This document shows positions 26,440-41,130 of a DNA stretch of 64,000 bases, one piece after another. Below the pieces are notes generated by a model. It was given only the letters and a program-made list of their open reading frames with translations. It made no database searches and was not told the origin of the DNA. The translations under genes and the position numbers were made by a program. The stretch's first letter is position 1. Every line of letters starts with the position of its first letter. This DNA comes from Camelus dromedarius (Eukaryota): contig NC_087436.1 in assembly GCF_036321535.1 (NCBI RefSeq), positions 64,482,001 to 64,546,000 of the forward strand, read 5' to 3'.

Positions 26440-27280
26440 TAATGTCTTCATAAATGGCCTGATTTACTGAGAGTAAAGCAGTATGTTGATTTTTCAGAGT
26501 AAGCCTAGAAGGTGGTGTTCTGGGCATGTTGACAGTCTTTGTCATTGTCCCTCTCCTGCTCAATATTTTTAATCAGTAATTTTGATGAAGGTATAGAAGA
26601 TGTGACAATTTGCATTGCTGGATGACAGATTATTGGGAGGGAATATAATGGACCAGATGATAAAATCAGGAATCAGATGTGTCTGGACAGCCTGTATCAG
26701 TGATCTAAAATGAAAAAGATGAAATCTGACACAGATAAATGTAAAGTCCTCTGTTTAGGTTGGTTGGTTAATTCGTGTATTATATAATTACCAAATGAGA
26801 AGACTCCTAGACAGTTGTTCGTGTGAAAAACAAATACACAAACTTTTAGTTCATTTTCATCCAGCAGGTAAAAATTAGTTGACTCACTCATTGCCAGTCA
26901 CAGCATAGTATACTGGGGATCCAAACTGTCCATCTCAAGCTTACAGGATTTGTGGGACCACAGATTAAATTTGTATCAACAGTTTGGAATATGAGGTGGA
27001 AAAAAATGAATGCAGCCATCAGTTGTGTTGATGATAACAATAACAACAACAGCAACCGTGAACACCTAGAATAAAGAAGAAATTTTCATGCTACTCCCAT
27101 TATGCATGGTCAGACCATTTCCTAAGAATTTGGTTCAGAACTTCTAGGCACTAGCTTTTAGGAGCAGTGTCACTATGTGATGGTAGAGTTTGTTCAGTGG
27201 AGAATATCTAGGTTGTTTATTCCGGGAACTATGGTCCATTTGATGGAGGGTTGAAGGATGAGGATATTTAGCTAAAGGCG
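26440..27280 (+). mobile_element. L3/CR1 LINE reverse-transcriptase region, highly decayed
   Basis: ctcaatatttttaatcagtaattttgatgaaggtatagaag...gatgacagattattgggaggg...aagatgaaatctgacacagataaatgtaaagtcct resembles the CR1 ORF2 region around FADD and KCKVLH. Confidence 0.7.
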
Positions 27281-27289
27281 ATGAAATCT

Positions 27290-27960
27290 GATTGGATGAG
27301 TTCGAAAATGGCTCCTCCACTTAATACTTGTGTAACTTGGGCAAGTTACTTGGTCTCTCCTCACCTCAGTATCCTTATCTGTAAAATGGAAATTGTAATA
27401 GTACTGTTGACTGAAATAAATGCACAGCCTAAAAGTTGAGAGTTATGTGTTATTCGGTGGACAATTCTGAGGACTCAGCTCGGGATGACAGCCTCTCAGA
27501 TTGCTCTGAGGGACTCCTCCGAAGAGGTAGGGGAGGAGCTAGGATATATAGGAGTTTTACAACAAAGACCTGGTCATTGGAACATTAAAAGATTACTTGT
27601 TAACTAAAGAAAACCAGGCATCTCAAGTTAAAGAATTCAGCGCTTTTCTATTTATGGGAGGAAGCAAACATTTGGGCTCACTGAATCCATTCCTTTGACA
27701 AGCACCTCGCTATCTAGGGCCTGTATCCTGTCCTTTCTTATTCTGAGTCCCCTCAGGGTGCACCATTGTGAATGGCTGCAGAGGCTGGGCTGCAGGCTTG
27801 TCTTCACTGGGGGGTGGCGGCAGCCGCTGATGACTTATTGGCTTTAACGTTCTTTGTTTACTGATAAGGCTTGCAGTATTTTTCGTTCACAGTACCTACA
27901 TCTCAGGTTTGCTAAGAATAGTTAGTGAGTTAATATTTGTAAAGTACTTAAAACAATGAA
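27290..27960 (+). mobile_element. MIR split in two by an LTR insertion
   Basis: The left half tgtgtaacttgggcaagttact...atctgtaaaatggaaattgtaatagtac joins the right half ctacatctcaggtttgct...gagttaatatttgtaaagtacttaaaaca as a continuous MIR core. Confidence 0.8.
27405..27891 (-). mobile_element. ERV1-class solo LTR (487 bp)
   Basis: TG...CA termini with a perfect 4-bp TSD GTAC (27401-27404 / 27892-27895). On the minus strand a TATA-like ctcctatatatcct precedes a degenerate polyA signal. Confidence 0.88.
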
Positions 27961-30900
27961 TGAAATATGTAAAGTGACATATATGTTCTAAAATTACATA
28001 AATGGCTAGAAAGGAAGAGAGGGATGGAAGGAGAGAGAGATTTTTGATAAATAAATAGAAGTGTTTAGAAAGAAAATCAAGAAGTGTCTTCAAAAATCTG
28101 AAGAGAAGTCTGTGGATGAAAAAGTATTCATACTTCATTCTTCCTACAAGAAGCATGATCAAGTGGTTAGAAACCATAGGGTGAAGACAAATCATATTTT
28201 TTAACAAAATATAATTTACAATTTTTAAATTTAGCCAGTTTTAATTCTGCAGTGCTCTCCTTTCTGAATTTTGGTAATTTTCAAAATGATTCAGGATTTG
28301 CAAAATTATGCAACAACTCTACTACTGGACCCCTCTCCTGTGAATCAGGTGGCAGTGGTTTTAATGTCTAAACAAATTTCAGAAATATTGTCAACTCCTA
28401 AAATGGAAACAAAATGTTTTCTAATAATGGTTTGGAACCTAACTGAGTACATGCCATGTTAGGCTTGACTGCCTATTGACTGAGAACATAGCTAACTTTC
28501 AGTGGTAAGCAGAGGTCATAGGGTCCCTATTTCAGCATCTCTTCTGCCAGAGATTATCTGAATAAACTCAAATAATTTTCTTAGTCTCTCTTCTTCTTTA
28601 ACCAAATAAAATCTCATCAATGCAGTGCTATTACTAACATTACCCGAGCATTCTTGCAGTAACTGGTCATACTGCAGTGACTTCTTCCTCTGCACAGTGC
28701 TTGGTTATTTTTAACGGTTTTAGTGAAACCTCTGTTACTAACATTAATTTAATGTAATATTTTCAAAGTAAAACTGTGGTTATAAAGAGACAGTGGAGCT
28801 TTTGAAACAGTATTTTAAAGAATTTTAAAGAAATTGCTTTTTTCCCTTGGTGTGTTAAGCCAACAATATTTTTAGGCCATCCAAAAATAATTCAAAAAAA
28901 TAAGAGTGTTAGCATAACTACTGTAGTTCACTGGTGTTAGCTGTGTAGTGTTATGTAATTGGGTAGCAGAGGTTTTCCCTTATAAACCTGAAGGCTGTAT
29001 ACCCGGTACAGTTGTATATATACTAGCTGTATTATTTACAACTTCATTTTCATAATGTTAGTTTTGTGTCTCTACTGATCTATCTAAATTCATGCTACTG
29101 TAGAGCCATTTAATGTTGTTTTGGCTGTTTTTAGAAGGGACATTTTCTCCTTATTAGAAATGTGGAAGGTTTGGGATGTAATTGGCAAGTAGTCAGTTTT
29201 TAGCATTCAGTAAAATAGTTCTCTTACTCATCTTCCTCCAGTTTAAACATCCACTTGTTCATTCTGTTCTATGTAAGGTTACTTGGTGGGCACTGTGTGT
29301 GGACTTAACATATATAAAAATATGTCTCTTGCCCAAAATGAGTACTGTCCAGTGCAGACACAGACCTTAAGTGAATAAAAGCAAATGGAAAAAAATAGGA
29401 AGAACATGCATAAAGTGATGAAATAATACTCAAAAAGACAAAAGACATGAGAAACCATGGGAAAAAGGAGATATAAGATATTATTTGATAAGGCACCATT
29501 ACCTTAGTTGCTATTGCCATTAGCCAACAAAGTATTACACTCCCCAGAGTTGTTGTTTATTTTTACTTTCTAACAAGTAACCTATCTGAAAAGGATATTA
29601 GATAGTACAAGCATTGAATTAAAAAAAATTGCAGTTCTTCCTCACATATGAGCTTATGAACTAATAGGATTTTTTAACCCTAAATGAGTTTTTGGTCCAA
29701 AAAATATTTTATTTGCCCATTATGTTTTTACATGTTTATTGGAATATAACTCCTTAGTTTTCTGAAAAAAAAAAAATAGAATGGAATTCATCATGTTGTA
29801 CCCTGAATAATTCTTATATTATGATTTTAATAAGCCACAATTCCAAAATAGACCTATTAATTTATTGATAAAAGCAAATGTTTTATATTAAATAAATCTT
29901 ATTTTACAGTATCAGTAACAAAAATTAGATCTTTGTGAAGTCTTATTCTCTATAAACTCTATACTTTAGAGTTTTAGTATTAAAAAAAAGAAAGAAAATT
30001 TGTTACACAAAGTAATGTTAATTATTATGGCATTCACCAGTATACAAAACAAAGAGAAATCTGGAATAGAAATTAATTAATTAAAAATAAATGTATTAAC
30101 ATTGCTTAATTTCCTGTACTAGATATGCCCTGGGAGGTTGTTAGAGGCAAGGGAGTTGCTGTTATATGCTATAAGTAACAAAATTTGTGAATAACTCATT
30201 AACCTTACAGTGGAAGGTATCATTTCTCTTTGATTGATGTATCACATAGGACAAATTATTGTTTTTCACTAAGTGCGTATGCTATCCAGGATTGGACATC
30301 CTAGAATCCTGAAAAAATTTCTAATTATTCTTATATTATTTTTCAAACATTCCAGCATTTAGTAAACATTATGTGTTTTACAAAGAATGGGCACATATGA
30401 CAGAGAATTTGGATTAAATAATATTTTGCCAGTTCATATCTAGCACTGTGTTCTTTGAAAATCCTCTTGTATGTTCCTTCAATATTATGAAGTAACACCA
30501 TAAAGAGTGTTTTGGGAATTTTAATACTAGCTTATGCCTGGGAAGGGAGAAAGTAAGCCAGTGGAATTTAGTATCCAAAACAAACCCATTCAAAATAATT
30601 CTGTTTTTCTTGCAGTTTACTATTAATTGAAAGCTTGTGAGAAGTCTTTATATGTTATTTTCTTTATGCTATATTAAGATTCTACCTTATTTCAAAAAAA
30701 ATTTTCTTCAATTTTTTAAAGAACAAATTAAATATATATATAAAATAGTAAAATTATATACATAAAATGTAAAATTCACCTATTTTAGTACAAGTTTCTG
30801 CAAATTTTGACAAATACAGTCATAAATTCACCACCACAATCAAGGTACAGAATAGTTTCCCAAAAATCTAGAAAAATTTTAAGATGTCTTACATTGATAC

Positions 30901-31599
30901 ATAAAATAGAGTAAGAGTACATAAATTAAAACTGAAAAAGATAAGAAAAACAATAAAGAAATACAGTGAAGAAAGTAATGGGGCTAAAAATGCATACTAC
31001 ATAACCTGTTATATGGCTACAATTTGACAGGCTCTATTTCTATAAATGAGAATATGATAAAATTTATATCTATATATACATATGTGTATATGTAACCAAG
31101 TTATCAAATATTGCAGTCAAAAATGATTAGATGTTACTATATGTATCTTCTCTCCCTATACAGAAGTCTGTTGTAACGTATGAGTAGATGGCCATCCTTT
31201 CTATGCTTTGTGTGGTATGGGTTCCATTTTGGGGAATGGATTCCACTGTTGAGAACTGATTCCATTGTTCCAGTGTAATAAGTTCTTCCTAACATGGCAT
31301 CAGTATCTTTCTCTGTACATTTTACCCAGTTAAAAAAAAAAGTTTTCCACTTTACTTTGAAACAGGATGCAGTGAGTCAACTTTTCCTTAAATATAATGG
31401 CCCATCACAAATGTAATAATTGCCCTTTTTCTGCCTTTCTTCTCCACTCTGAGCATCCTTAGGGTTCAATCATGTATCATCATGATATTGTTCTCAAAAC
31501 TCCCTATCTCTTTTTCTCTTTCTAGTCCCAAAGCTGGGCACAGCATAGAGATATAATGTGATCAGTGTAGAGGTGGTTTGGCTAGCATCCATAGTAACC

Positions 31600-31750
31600 A
31601 CTAAAATTTATTGAACCTTTCCAATGAATTGTGAGGTTTTATTTCTCCTATTTTACAGGTAAAGAAACTGGGAGTTACAAATGTTAAACTGTATCTCCAT
31701 GATCACGTAACTAGTAAGCTTAAGAGCAGGAATTTCAATCTACATCTGAC
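31600..31750 (-). mobile_element. MIR fragment
   Basis: ctattttacaggtaaagaaactgggag...ccatgatcacgtaactagtaag...agagcaggaatttcaatc is the reverse-orientation MIR core. Confidence 0.65.
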
Positions 31751-34004
31751 TTTGTTCAGAATACAAAATATTTTAATATGGACTGAGAGTATATCAAAGT
31801 TTAAGCACCCATATTGTTCTCTTGATTCATGATGAGTTCAAGAAAACCAACTAAAGCTTTCCAATATGACTTCTTTATGTGAAATATTTTATATTTATCT
31901 CTTAAACCCTGTATATACAGGTACAATCCATATTTTAAAACTTAAATTCAGTCCAATTATGGGATCCTAAATGCAGTCATTCTTCACATTTAAGTAGAGA
32001 ATAGGAAACATTTTAATAAATGTTAGCATTTAGAATCAGGATATTAGAAATATATATGTATTTATTGTAATAAACTCATGCATTAAAACTGTGCTATTAT
32101 TTATCTAGATTGTTTTTTAAACTTTTTCAGAATATTTTTGCTAGAATATACCTCATGTTTTAGATCAAACCTATTATTGGAATGAAAAGTATATGTTTAT
32201 ATACTGAACTTATGTTTTCTTAGAATACTTTTCACTTAATTATACAAGTAAAAATTATGGATATAAGTTAATCTTTATTAACAAAAGAAGAAACTCTCAG
32301 AAGAAATGTCCTATGAGGGCTTAACATTTCACACTTAAACACAATGTAAGTGTTTACCAATTAATTACAAAATATGCTGGGTAAAGTAATTATTTTGTGA
32401 CTTGCTAAGGGAAGATCTCAGTATCTGCCACTGCTGTTCCTAAGATATATCAGATATGTGGGAAAGTATTTTAAGAATTTTACTCATTAAGCTTAATTTT
32501 TTTCTTCAGAATTTAAAATGTATTAATGTTTGTTTAGGTTTTCTAATTATACTTGTGATAATATTGCTAATTAATAGTATACTAAGCTTCCTTTTAATTG
32601 ACAAGTTTGAACTTTAAGTATGTAATTGGTACTTCATCATAAAAATGACCGATAGTCCACTTTCAGAGAATCCTCTAAGGAATAAAATAAATCTTCATTA
32701 CTGGAAAGTGTAATTAATTTTAAATTATTTTCACTTTTGCAAAAATACTTTCATACATAAGACATACATTATGTAACTCCAATGGTAAAGGTTCCAAAAA
32801 GGCAGTGAAAAAGGGTTGCATAATCAAAACTGTAATGTACAAAGTGCAAATGCATAAATGAACCATGCCCTTTTCTCAGCACTTATTAAAAGTAGAATGA
32901 AAGTTTTCCTATTTGAATCCCTCAGAAAATGAGTCATTCTGAATAGCTGAATTTTCCATATAAATAAGAGTGTTTAAGCACTAAAACATTTAAAATACAT
33001 TTTAATCATTTTGGAGAGGTTCTTTCTGTAATTTTTACATCACACTTTTCTACAGCAAAGCTAACTCAATTCAACTTTTAACTTTTTGGTTACAACAGGT
33101 TGTAATTATGCCTGTGCGTTTGGGCCTGTCTTCCATATATTTCATATTTAAACTCTTGGTTTTAAAATAAATAGGTTATTTTTACTACGACATTTTGGGA
33201 AATTAAGTGCCTATAACTTAAAACATATGTTCATTACAAACATTTATAGTTCTAAATTAAACTTTGACAGCTTCTATGACAATATTTGGCTGAACATTTA
33301 TTTATGTAGATCATAAATTACTTGGATTACACTAACTGAATTTCTCCTGTTATTTAAAATAAGCAAGAACAGAAGCTAGAACAGTGCTGACAGTAAAATA
33401 CCTCACTTGCATTCATTCTCTTCAGATTCTGGGATTCTAGTTTCATTTATATTTTTTAAAATCATATAACCTTGGAATCCCCCCTTTTGCCCGACTTTCA
33501 TTGTTTTAGTTCAGTCCATTGATTTTCTATTCAGGTGGTGGGGTGGGGTGCAAATCATGTATTATAATCACCTAAACACACATCAAGATTCCAAAACCAC
33601 CTCATCCTCAAGAGTTTCTCCTGTTGAGAATAACTTCAGGGTGAGTCACTGTTTCTGATGGAAATGTGTCTTTCCTTTACATGTTCGGAGGCTGAAAAGC
33701 AGAACTATTGGTTCAGGCTCCCAGTATCACTTACCGGTCCTCTTGTAGCAACTGATTTTACTCCCAGCCTCCAGTCTCAATATAATCCTCTCCACTCTCA
33801 GTCTGTCTTCGACACAGCTACCAGATATTTCTAAAACTCAAAACAATAATTTGAATCCTGTAATTTATTTTCTTGACTCCCTGTTGCTTTTATGATAAAC
33901 TCTATGAAACCTGTCATGAGAAATATGACTTCAACAGAGTCTGCACTGTAAATGTACTGTCATAATTTCACCTATATTTATACTATGAATGAGAATGCAT
34001 TTTA

Positions 34005-34055
34005 AATAATAATAATAATCATAATCATAATCATAATGATGATGATGATGATGAT
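34005..34055. repeat. compound microsatellite (AAT)n-(AATCAT)n-(GAT)n
   Basis: aataataataataatcataatcataatcataatgatgatgatgatgatgatg. Confidence 0.9.
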
Positions 34056-35464
34056 GTTAATTTAAGCCTAAATTTTAAAAAAGGATTTTAGGTACATTAA
34101 AGAGCTGGAAAAGGTGGAATAATTGCCTGTTAATGATCAGCATATTGAGTCATGGGAAACTGCTTTACAAGAAAGGGTGCTAGATGCTATCTCCATGATG
34201 TCATAACCTACTTTGCAAAATACAGCCATAGTTGATAAGGTTATATTGCCTTGAGAGAACCAGGTAGGGCACATTTATTTTTGTAGTTAAAAGAGTCTTA
34301 AACATGTGACCTACTTTAGTTGACAAAACTCAGACATACTGTAATTTAGCCACTTTTCGACTTGTAAGTTTGCTTAAAGGACAGGGAAGGGGCGGGAGTG
34401 CTCATTATCACCTGAACATTATTAACCAGGGGTAAATTTGTCTTCACAAGGTAAGGACACAGTGGATGGATTATTATGCCATGCTGTCTTTAGTATTTTT
34501 CCACTGTAGGAGTTCATACCTTTGTGATGTCCTTTACTAACATATTCAAAACAGGAAGGAAATTTTTGCCTGTGATACTTTCTGAAAAGACCAAATTGGT
34601 TGGTTTTTAAACCAATTAATCTAAAAAAGAGAACACCTATCTCTTCTTAACTAGTAAGTGTGATGTTTTCCTATGAATGCAGTTTAAGAGATAATGCAAA
34701 TGTGAATAGCCATGATTCATCTCTAGTTGTCTATTTCTTCCAATTTGAAACAAATAAAAGCTTCCTGTTACTGAGGTTCCTGGAAAGGAAAGACAAGTGA
34801 TTGTTCACTTGCCTGTGGAGATATTCTTAGTGAAGAGGAACTCAAATGCACTTGGCGATGATTGACTGACTTGAAGAATAGGGTAGCAGAGTTTAAGAGG
34901 CACTTGCTCATTTGTAAGTCATAGAGCCTAAATGAAGAAAACCATTAGATGATGGCTCCTTCAGTTTTCTGTCATGTTTGCTTGTGAACTAATGACCATT
35001 TTGAGCATAGATCTTAACCGCAAATTATTCTAAAGAAAGTCACTCATTGCTGTTGCATTCACAATTACTTCCACATGAATAACTTATCTCTTAACCTCTT
35101 TTCATGCCTAAGCAGCTCAAAAAATTCCTATGCAATAAATGCATTTTACATGAATGGCTTTATGTCAGGACACTGAGGAGAAATTGAAGAGCTATTCATT
35201 GGATTTTTCTGTATCTCAAATAGAAACAATAATAGCTATTTTCTAGAAAAATGAAAAAAAATCAGTTTGAGCTCAACTTAGTTTAAAAAAAAAGAGCAGA
35301 TCAAGAATAATTAGAGAGCAACTACTGATCAAAATTCTTGAGTTTAATTCCTTTCAGTTTATATGTGACCTTGAGGAAATCCTGTGAACTTATACATGGT
35401 TAACTATGGCTAGAGAGTACATATATTATGCAAATTTTGAAAGTAATATAGAAATATAAAGAAA

Positions 35465-35594
35465 ATGAGTCACTTTTCCAGCTTATCAACTACCATCTGC
35501 AAATGAATACTTTTCAGCTACTCATGATAAATATGAGTCATTTTTCCAGCTTATCAGCTAACCTCTGCAAAGGAACATTTTTCAACTATTCATG
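35465..35594. repeat. tandem duplication of a 62-bp unit (period 68)
   Basis: Units 35465-35526 and 35533-35594 match at 53/62 positions by manual ungapped alignment. Confidence 0.9.
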
Positions 35595-38500
35595 GGGGCT
35601 TCCATTGTTTTTTAGAAGTATGCTAAGTTCAGATGGAAACTCAGAAGAACTACTACTTTTTGAGAAAGGATCACTTTATTTCATTCCCTCAAAAGATTAT
35701 TCTGCAACCATGTTGGAAAGCATATCCAGAATCTGATCCTGCTCCATCCCTTAGCTCATATCCCACTTCTTCCTCCTTACAGTTGGCGCCCAACACAATG
35801 GACTGTGTCCCTGTGCTATTTCATGCAAATTAACCTCTGCACATGTTGCTACCTTGATGCTGTCTCTCTCTACTCAGGAAGCAAACTCCTCCATATAAGA
35901 CTGGGATGATCATAGAATTTATCAACCAACTGGGACACTTGAGAAGAAAAGGGAGCTAACTAGACAGGAGGTCTGAAAATAAGTGTCAACAGGGCCCCCT
36001 TAAGAGCCACCTAAAGCATTATCTCCTCTGTGATGTTTCTCCCAAAACAGAGGTGCTTGTTTCCTGTTTTTATTGCCGTTGTACGTCTGTTACGTCACTT
36101 GACACACTGTAAACTTACAGTTTGGTTACATGTCTCTGTCTTTGAAATGGGATCATTTAGGGCAGGTTCTTAATGCTGTGATCATTTCAAAGCCTCGTCT
36201 TACTTTCTTCACAGGGAGACTCAATTTTTTCCATTCTAGCATAGCTGAGGGACTTTCTCCTCTCATCAGTGTCTGTCTCATTACCAAAAAAAATCCTTGG
36301 CGGAGATAGAAAGGCTGTCTCCCTGAATTTAAGATAAACGGATCAAATCAGAAACAAGTCAGAGCTCTTATGAAATTTGGAAATTCTCTGATGGTGATTC
36401 TGAGGGAAACATGGCTAGAGAATCACTGGCTTAACACATTTCGTGGATTTAATAAAATAAATATTTATTGATGAATTAATGAAAGAGGTGCCTGTCCTAA
36501 TAACAACACTTGATTAAATCTATTGTGACAGAAAAAAGCTTCACTGATTTTTTTTTTACCTCTGTTTTTCCAAATTGAATCTAAATGTATCTCCTTTTTT
36601 GTGTTTGTTGTTTTAGTTTATTGTTATTTACCAGACATGACTTAAAATTTTACTTAGAATACTTTGAACATTAATGAATTTCATTCTAACAAAGTGGAAA
36701 CATTTCAAAAGCAACAAAGGGAAAAAGAAACCAGTTTGCACTGTATTTTGGGTTTTGTAATCAAACAGTTTGATTTTGTGGTGGGGTTGTTTTCCCTTTT
36801 TCTTTAGAGTCTTTAAAGGTCAGCACTTATAACCTTCGCTTTTCTTTTTTCTTCTCTGTAGCTCGCTTTACCTTTTCTTCTCAAACACAGCACGCCTTCA
36901 CTCCTTCAAAGAATTAAAGAGATTTCTCAAAAGTTCTTGCCTTTTTTTTCCCTTAACATGACCAATTCAAATGAAATTTGGTGATATTTTCTTTCTTTCA
37001 GTTTTTTGAAAGCTTTTCATCCACAGGGAAGTTAAATTTATAACAGAAGAAAATCAGAGTATTGGTTAGGACTCTGGTATCTAAGAAGGATATTCAGAGT
37101 TTATAGTGCATAATGATGAACATTTCAAAACATCGGTTTAATTTTAGACCAATATGAATGTTAAATACCCTACAAAAGGTATTTCTAAATTAAAGCCCTT
37201 AGTATTAATTTGGGGGTCATATTTTCTCTGAAATTACTACATATTTGAGGCAGAGTATATGGTGAAAAACAAAACAATTTAAACTGAGACCTAGCTTCCT
37301 CATTTGTTAAACAGGCATAACTAGAACAACTGCCTCATTGATTGTTGTAAAGATAAAAATGAGATTATAAAATACTTAACAGAGAATGTAGCACAGAGTT
37401 AAATATTCAGGATAAACCAAGAAAAAGTCTAAATGTTTAATCAGATATTCATGCTGTTGGGGGAAAACCCCAAAACACATACTCCTTTTTAGATTAAATT
37501 TGACTATCATGTATATGAATTTTAAATTCTTAATGGGTGTATTAGTTTTCTCTTTCTTGTTCAACCTGCATATTAGAAGCCATGTCATTGTTAAAGTTAA
37601 ATAGCTAATATATTGTCATTTAGATAAGGATACTATCCATAAAGTTTCCAACCTCAACAGAGATAAATGCAGGTATGGTCAGAAAAAGTTAATAACTGGC
37701 CATCGATATGTTGAAAATAAACTGGCTCAGAGGTAGAATACTGGGAGCAAAGTTTCAAAATAGAACTAGAAATCTTTTATGTTGTTTTAATAGGTAACCC
37801 ACCAAAATCAAGACATCCCCCTGGAATTACCCTAAAATATAACTGAAGGTACTTGTTCGGACATTTCCGGTCACTTTCTAATAATGTATTTTATTTTAAT
37901 GGTTATCAGTGAGCAGCTGGGTTTGGACTGAACTCCTCTAGAGCCTTCTCAATAATAGAGCCAGTTGTAGGTCATCAAGCGGAATCCTCAGGAGGATTTT
38001 CTAACTTAGCAAATAAATAACATAGAACAAGAGACACACACACACACACAGAAGTGCCCCCTCCATGTGTATCATGTCCAGATAATGTGATGACACTGTT
38101 TTGGAGTAACAACTTAATTTTTTCCTTTAAGAGTACACTTTATGGTATATGAGTCCAACTGCTTTTTTTGTGGCCAGCTTTTACTTCCTCAGCCATGTTC
38201 CGGTACTGATCTTCTCCTTCAGCACCTGGCTTATAGAGATAAATCTGCTGTCCTACACAGTTAACTGTTCAATTTGATCAAGTTAAATAGATATTTAAGA
38301 AGGTCCACTAGCCTCAAATCTTCCATGGAGTTAGCACAGTGTCACCCCTGATGTTCAGTTGTGGATGATTCAGCCATCAAGATTCAACATTGCTTTGCTG
38401 GCTTCACAACTGTAGGTAAGACCTCATGCTCTTCTGCATAGATAATCTACTTGAGAATATGCTTATTTTTAGAAATGAGGTTAGTGATGGGTACTTGGTA

Positions 38501-39369
38501 AAGCCATCACTAAAGTGGAGGCTATGGATAATGGCTTTTGAAAGGTTTATGTGATTTTTTTTTTTTTAGATAACATTTCTTTGAGCATCAGGCATTTAGA
38601 ACATCAAGGCAATTTAAGTACAGCACCAGCATCTGATGTAAAATACTAATGATAAGAAACAGTGGTTTATGTACATCATAAAATGGAACAAATTTTGAAT
38701 TAAATTAAGAAATGGTTTGAATTATATTCATTCTCTAGCTTTCTTTAAATAGAATCTTACATTCATTTCATGAAACTAAGTTGAGTAGTTGAATAAAGTG
38801 AAAAAAGCATTATCCTTTCATTGAAACCATAGCTTGTTACAAGCAGAACCTTTTATGCCACATTCTAAGTCACTGTAGCAGTGAAATACAAAAAAGAGGA
38901 AAGTAAAATTATTATGATGCCTCATGGTATCATGGTATAAGACATCAATTGCTCCTTCTGTACTGAAGGGAGAGACAGAAACAAGTCTAGCATTCCTATA
39001 TAATACAGACAGCTCATAGTAGGATTTGTTAAGGGCATTAATTAATTAATGCCTAATGTCCCTAAAATGCATCAGTAAGATATAACAGCACTTTAAACAT
39101 GTTGAATATTGACATAGTTAATTTCCAGAAATGAGTATCCTCCTTAATAGTTTAATGATTTCATGCTTTTCCCTCAAAACATATGAACAGATTCAACAAA
39201 TTTCTCCCTTTTTTGTAGCTATTGCTGTCTAAAATTTATTGTCTCCCCATTATTGCTAATTAATAAGCCCTTTAGGAGCACTGATGATGAGTAATTTTAA
39301 AAAGAATCATATATTAGCCCTTTTAATATTCCCACTCAAAAAGTTATATATTAAGGTGTGTTAGTGAAA

Positions 39370-40530
39370 TACTACTATCAAAACTTGTGCGATGCAGATA
39401 GAGCAGCAATTAGTTCATTTTAGGTTTAAATGATTATGTCAAAACAAAAACAGGTTAAAACTCAGTAAGTGATACATTCATCTGAAGATGATAGGAAAAG
39501 AACAGCAAAATAAACCCTAAGAAGCTGGAAAGAAGGAAATATGAAGACTCAGGCTAAAATTAATGTAATAAAAAGTAAGCATTAAATTAAAAAGATGAAC
39601 AAAAACCAAAATTTGGTTGTTTGGGAAGAGTAATAAAATTGACAGATCTTTGGCAAGATTGATCAAGAAAAAATGAGCTGTCCCCACTAAACAATATGAG
39701 GAGTGAAAAGGGGTATAAATCTACCAGGATTAAGGAGATAATAAACAGATAGTATGAAACCTTGCATGCCAGTTAATTTGAAAATTTATATGAAGTGGAC
39801 AAATTCCTAGAAAAATATTGCTTACTAAAACTGATTCAAAAAGAAACAGAACACATGAAAATTCATCTAACCATTAACAAAACTGGCAAGTAGTTAAAGA
39901 TCTTCCCACAGAGAAAACGCTAGGCCTTGGATGGCTTTACCATGAAATCCAACCAAACATCCAAGGAACAAATCATTTCATTTCATAGAAACTATTCCAG
40001 AGTAGACTAATAGAGGGACTATTTCTCAACTCACCTTATAAGGCTGATGTAAAACCTAATGTGGACAAAACAAGACAGGAAATTGCAGGTGAATCTCATT
40101 CAGAGGCATGTGTACAACAGTCTTAAACAAAATATTAGCAAAGCCAACCCAGCAATGTCTAAAAGGAATACAACATACCCAAGTTGTGTTTATCTTAGAA
40201 ATGCCAGGTTTTTAAAAAGCATTAGAAAAATCAATCTTATTCTCTACATTAACAGATCTAAGAAAAAAATATTGTCAGTAGATGCTGGAAAATAGTTTGA
40301 TAGAACTCAACATCCATTCATGAAAATAACTCTTAGCATACTAGAAATAAAAGGGAGTTTGTTAACATGATAAAGAGCAAGTTAAAAAAGCTTAAAGCAG
40401 ATATCAAATTTAATAGTGAAACAATGTTTCCCCTTCAATATTAGGAATAAGACAGGTGTGCCTGTTTTTACAATTCCATTCAATGTTATACTGAAGACTG
40501 TAGCACAGAAAGTAAAGTTGAAAAAAAAGT
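39370..40530 (+). mobile_element. old L1 ORF2 fragment (L1M), decayed
   Basis: gaagtggacaaattcctagaaaaata, aggccttggatggctttaccatgaaatccaaccaaacatccaaggaac and tcagtagatgctggaaaatagtttgatagaactcaacatccattcatg are L1 ORF2 segments. Confidence 0.85.
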
Positions 40531-40699
40531 GGTGTTAGTTGAGTGACATGCAGCTGAATTAATTGAAGTGAAACTATTTTAGTAAATTTTTTAGTGGTCA
40601 AGGGAAATAAGCTAAAATGATCAGCCTCCTTTTATAGTGTACACTTATTAAAGGAAGAAAATACTTCTGCTTCTCAGATACACAAGCACATGTCTGGAC

Positions 40700-41130
40700 A
40701 CACAAGCTGCTTTTGTTTTAAAGTGAGAAAAACCCAACTCAAATTGGCTAAAACTAAGAGAAGGAATTAGATGTCTCAGATAATTGAATTTCCAGAGTGA
40801 GGCTCGCTTACAACCTACAAGGAGGTGTTGTGTTCCATCAAGGCTCTATCTCAAACGGTCCCTGAACTCTGCTTCTGCTTGGCATCTTTTTCAGATACAG
40901 TTCTTGCACATGGCAACAAGATGATCACTGGCAACTTCAGGCTTATGTTTTTCATGAAGCTTAGGTTCCCATTGGAGCAGTCCTTCTCCCTGTTAGCACT
41001 AGCAAGTTCCAGGGGAAAATCTGAGACGGTCTTCTGACAGGACCCTTTGAGTGACCCAACCTGGGTGATAAACTCACCTCTCAGATTTTAGAGGTATCAG
41101 AGAGGGTCAGCCCTATTGAATGTATTTAGA
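40700..41130. mobile_element. MaLR LTR (MLT1-type), old
   Basis: gtgagaaaaacccaactcaaattggctaaaac...cacatggcaacaagatgatcactggcaacttcaggctta resembles MLT1K-like LTRs. Confidence 0.55.

Noticed and set aside
31635..31664. ttttaCAG|GTAAAG recursive-like motif
   Set aside because: It derives from the antisense MIR core and has a weak donor.
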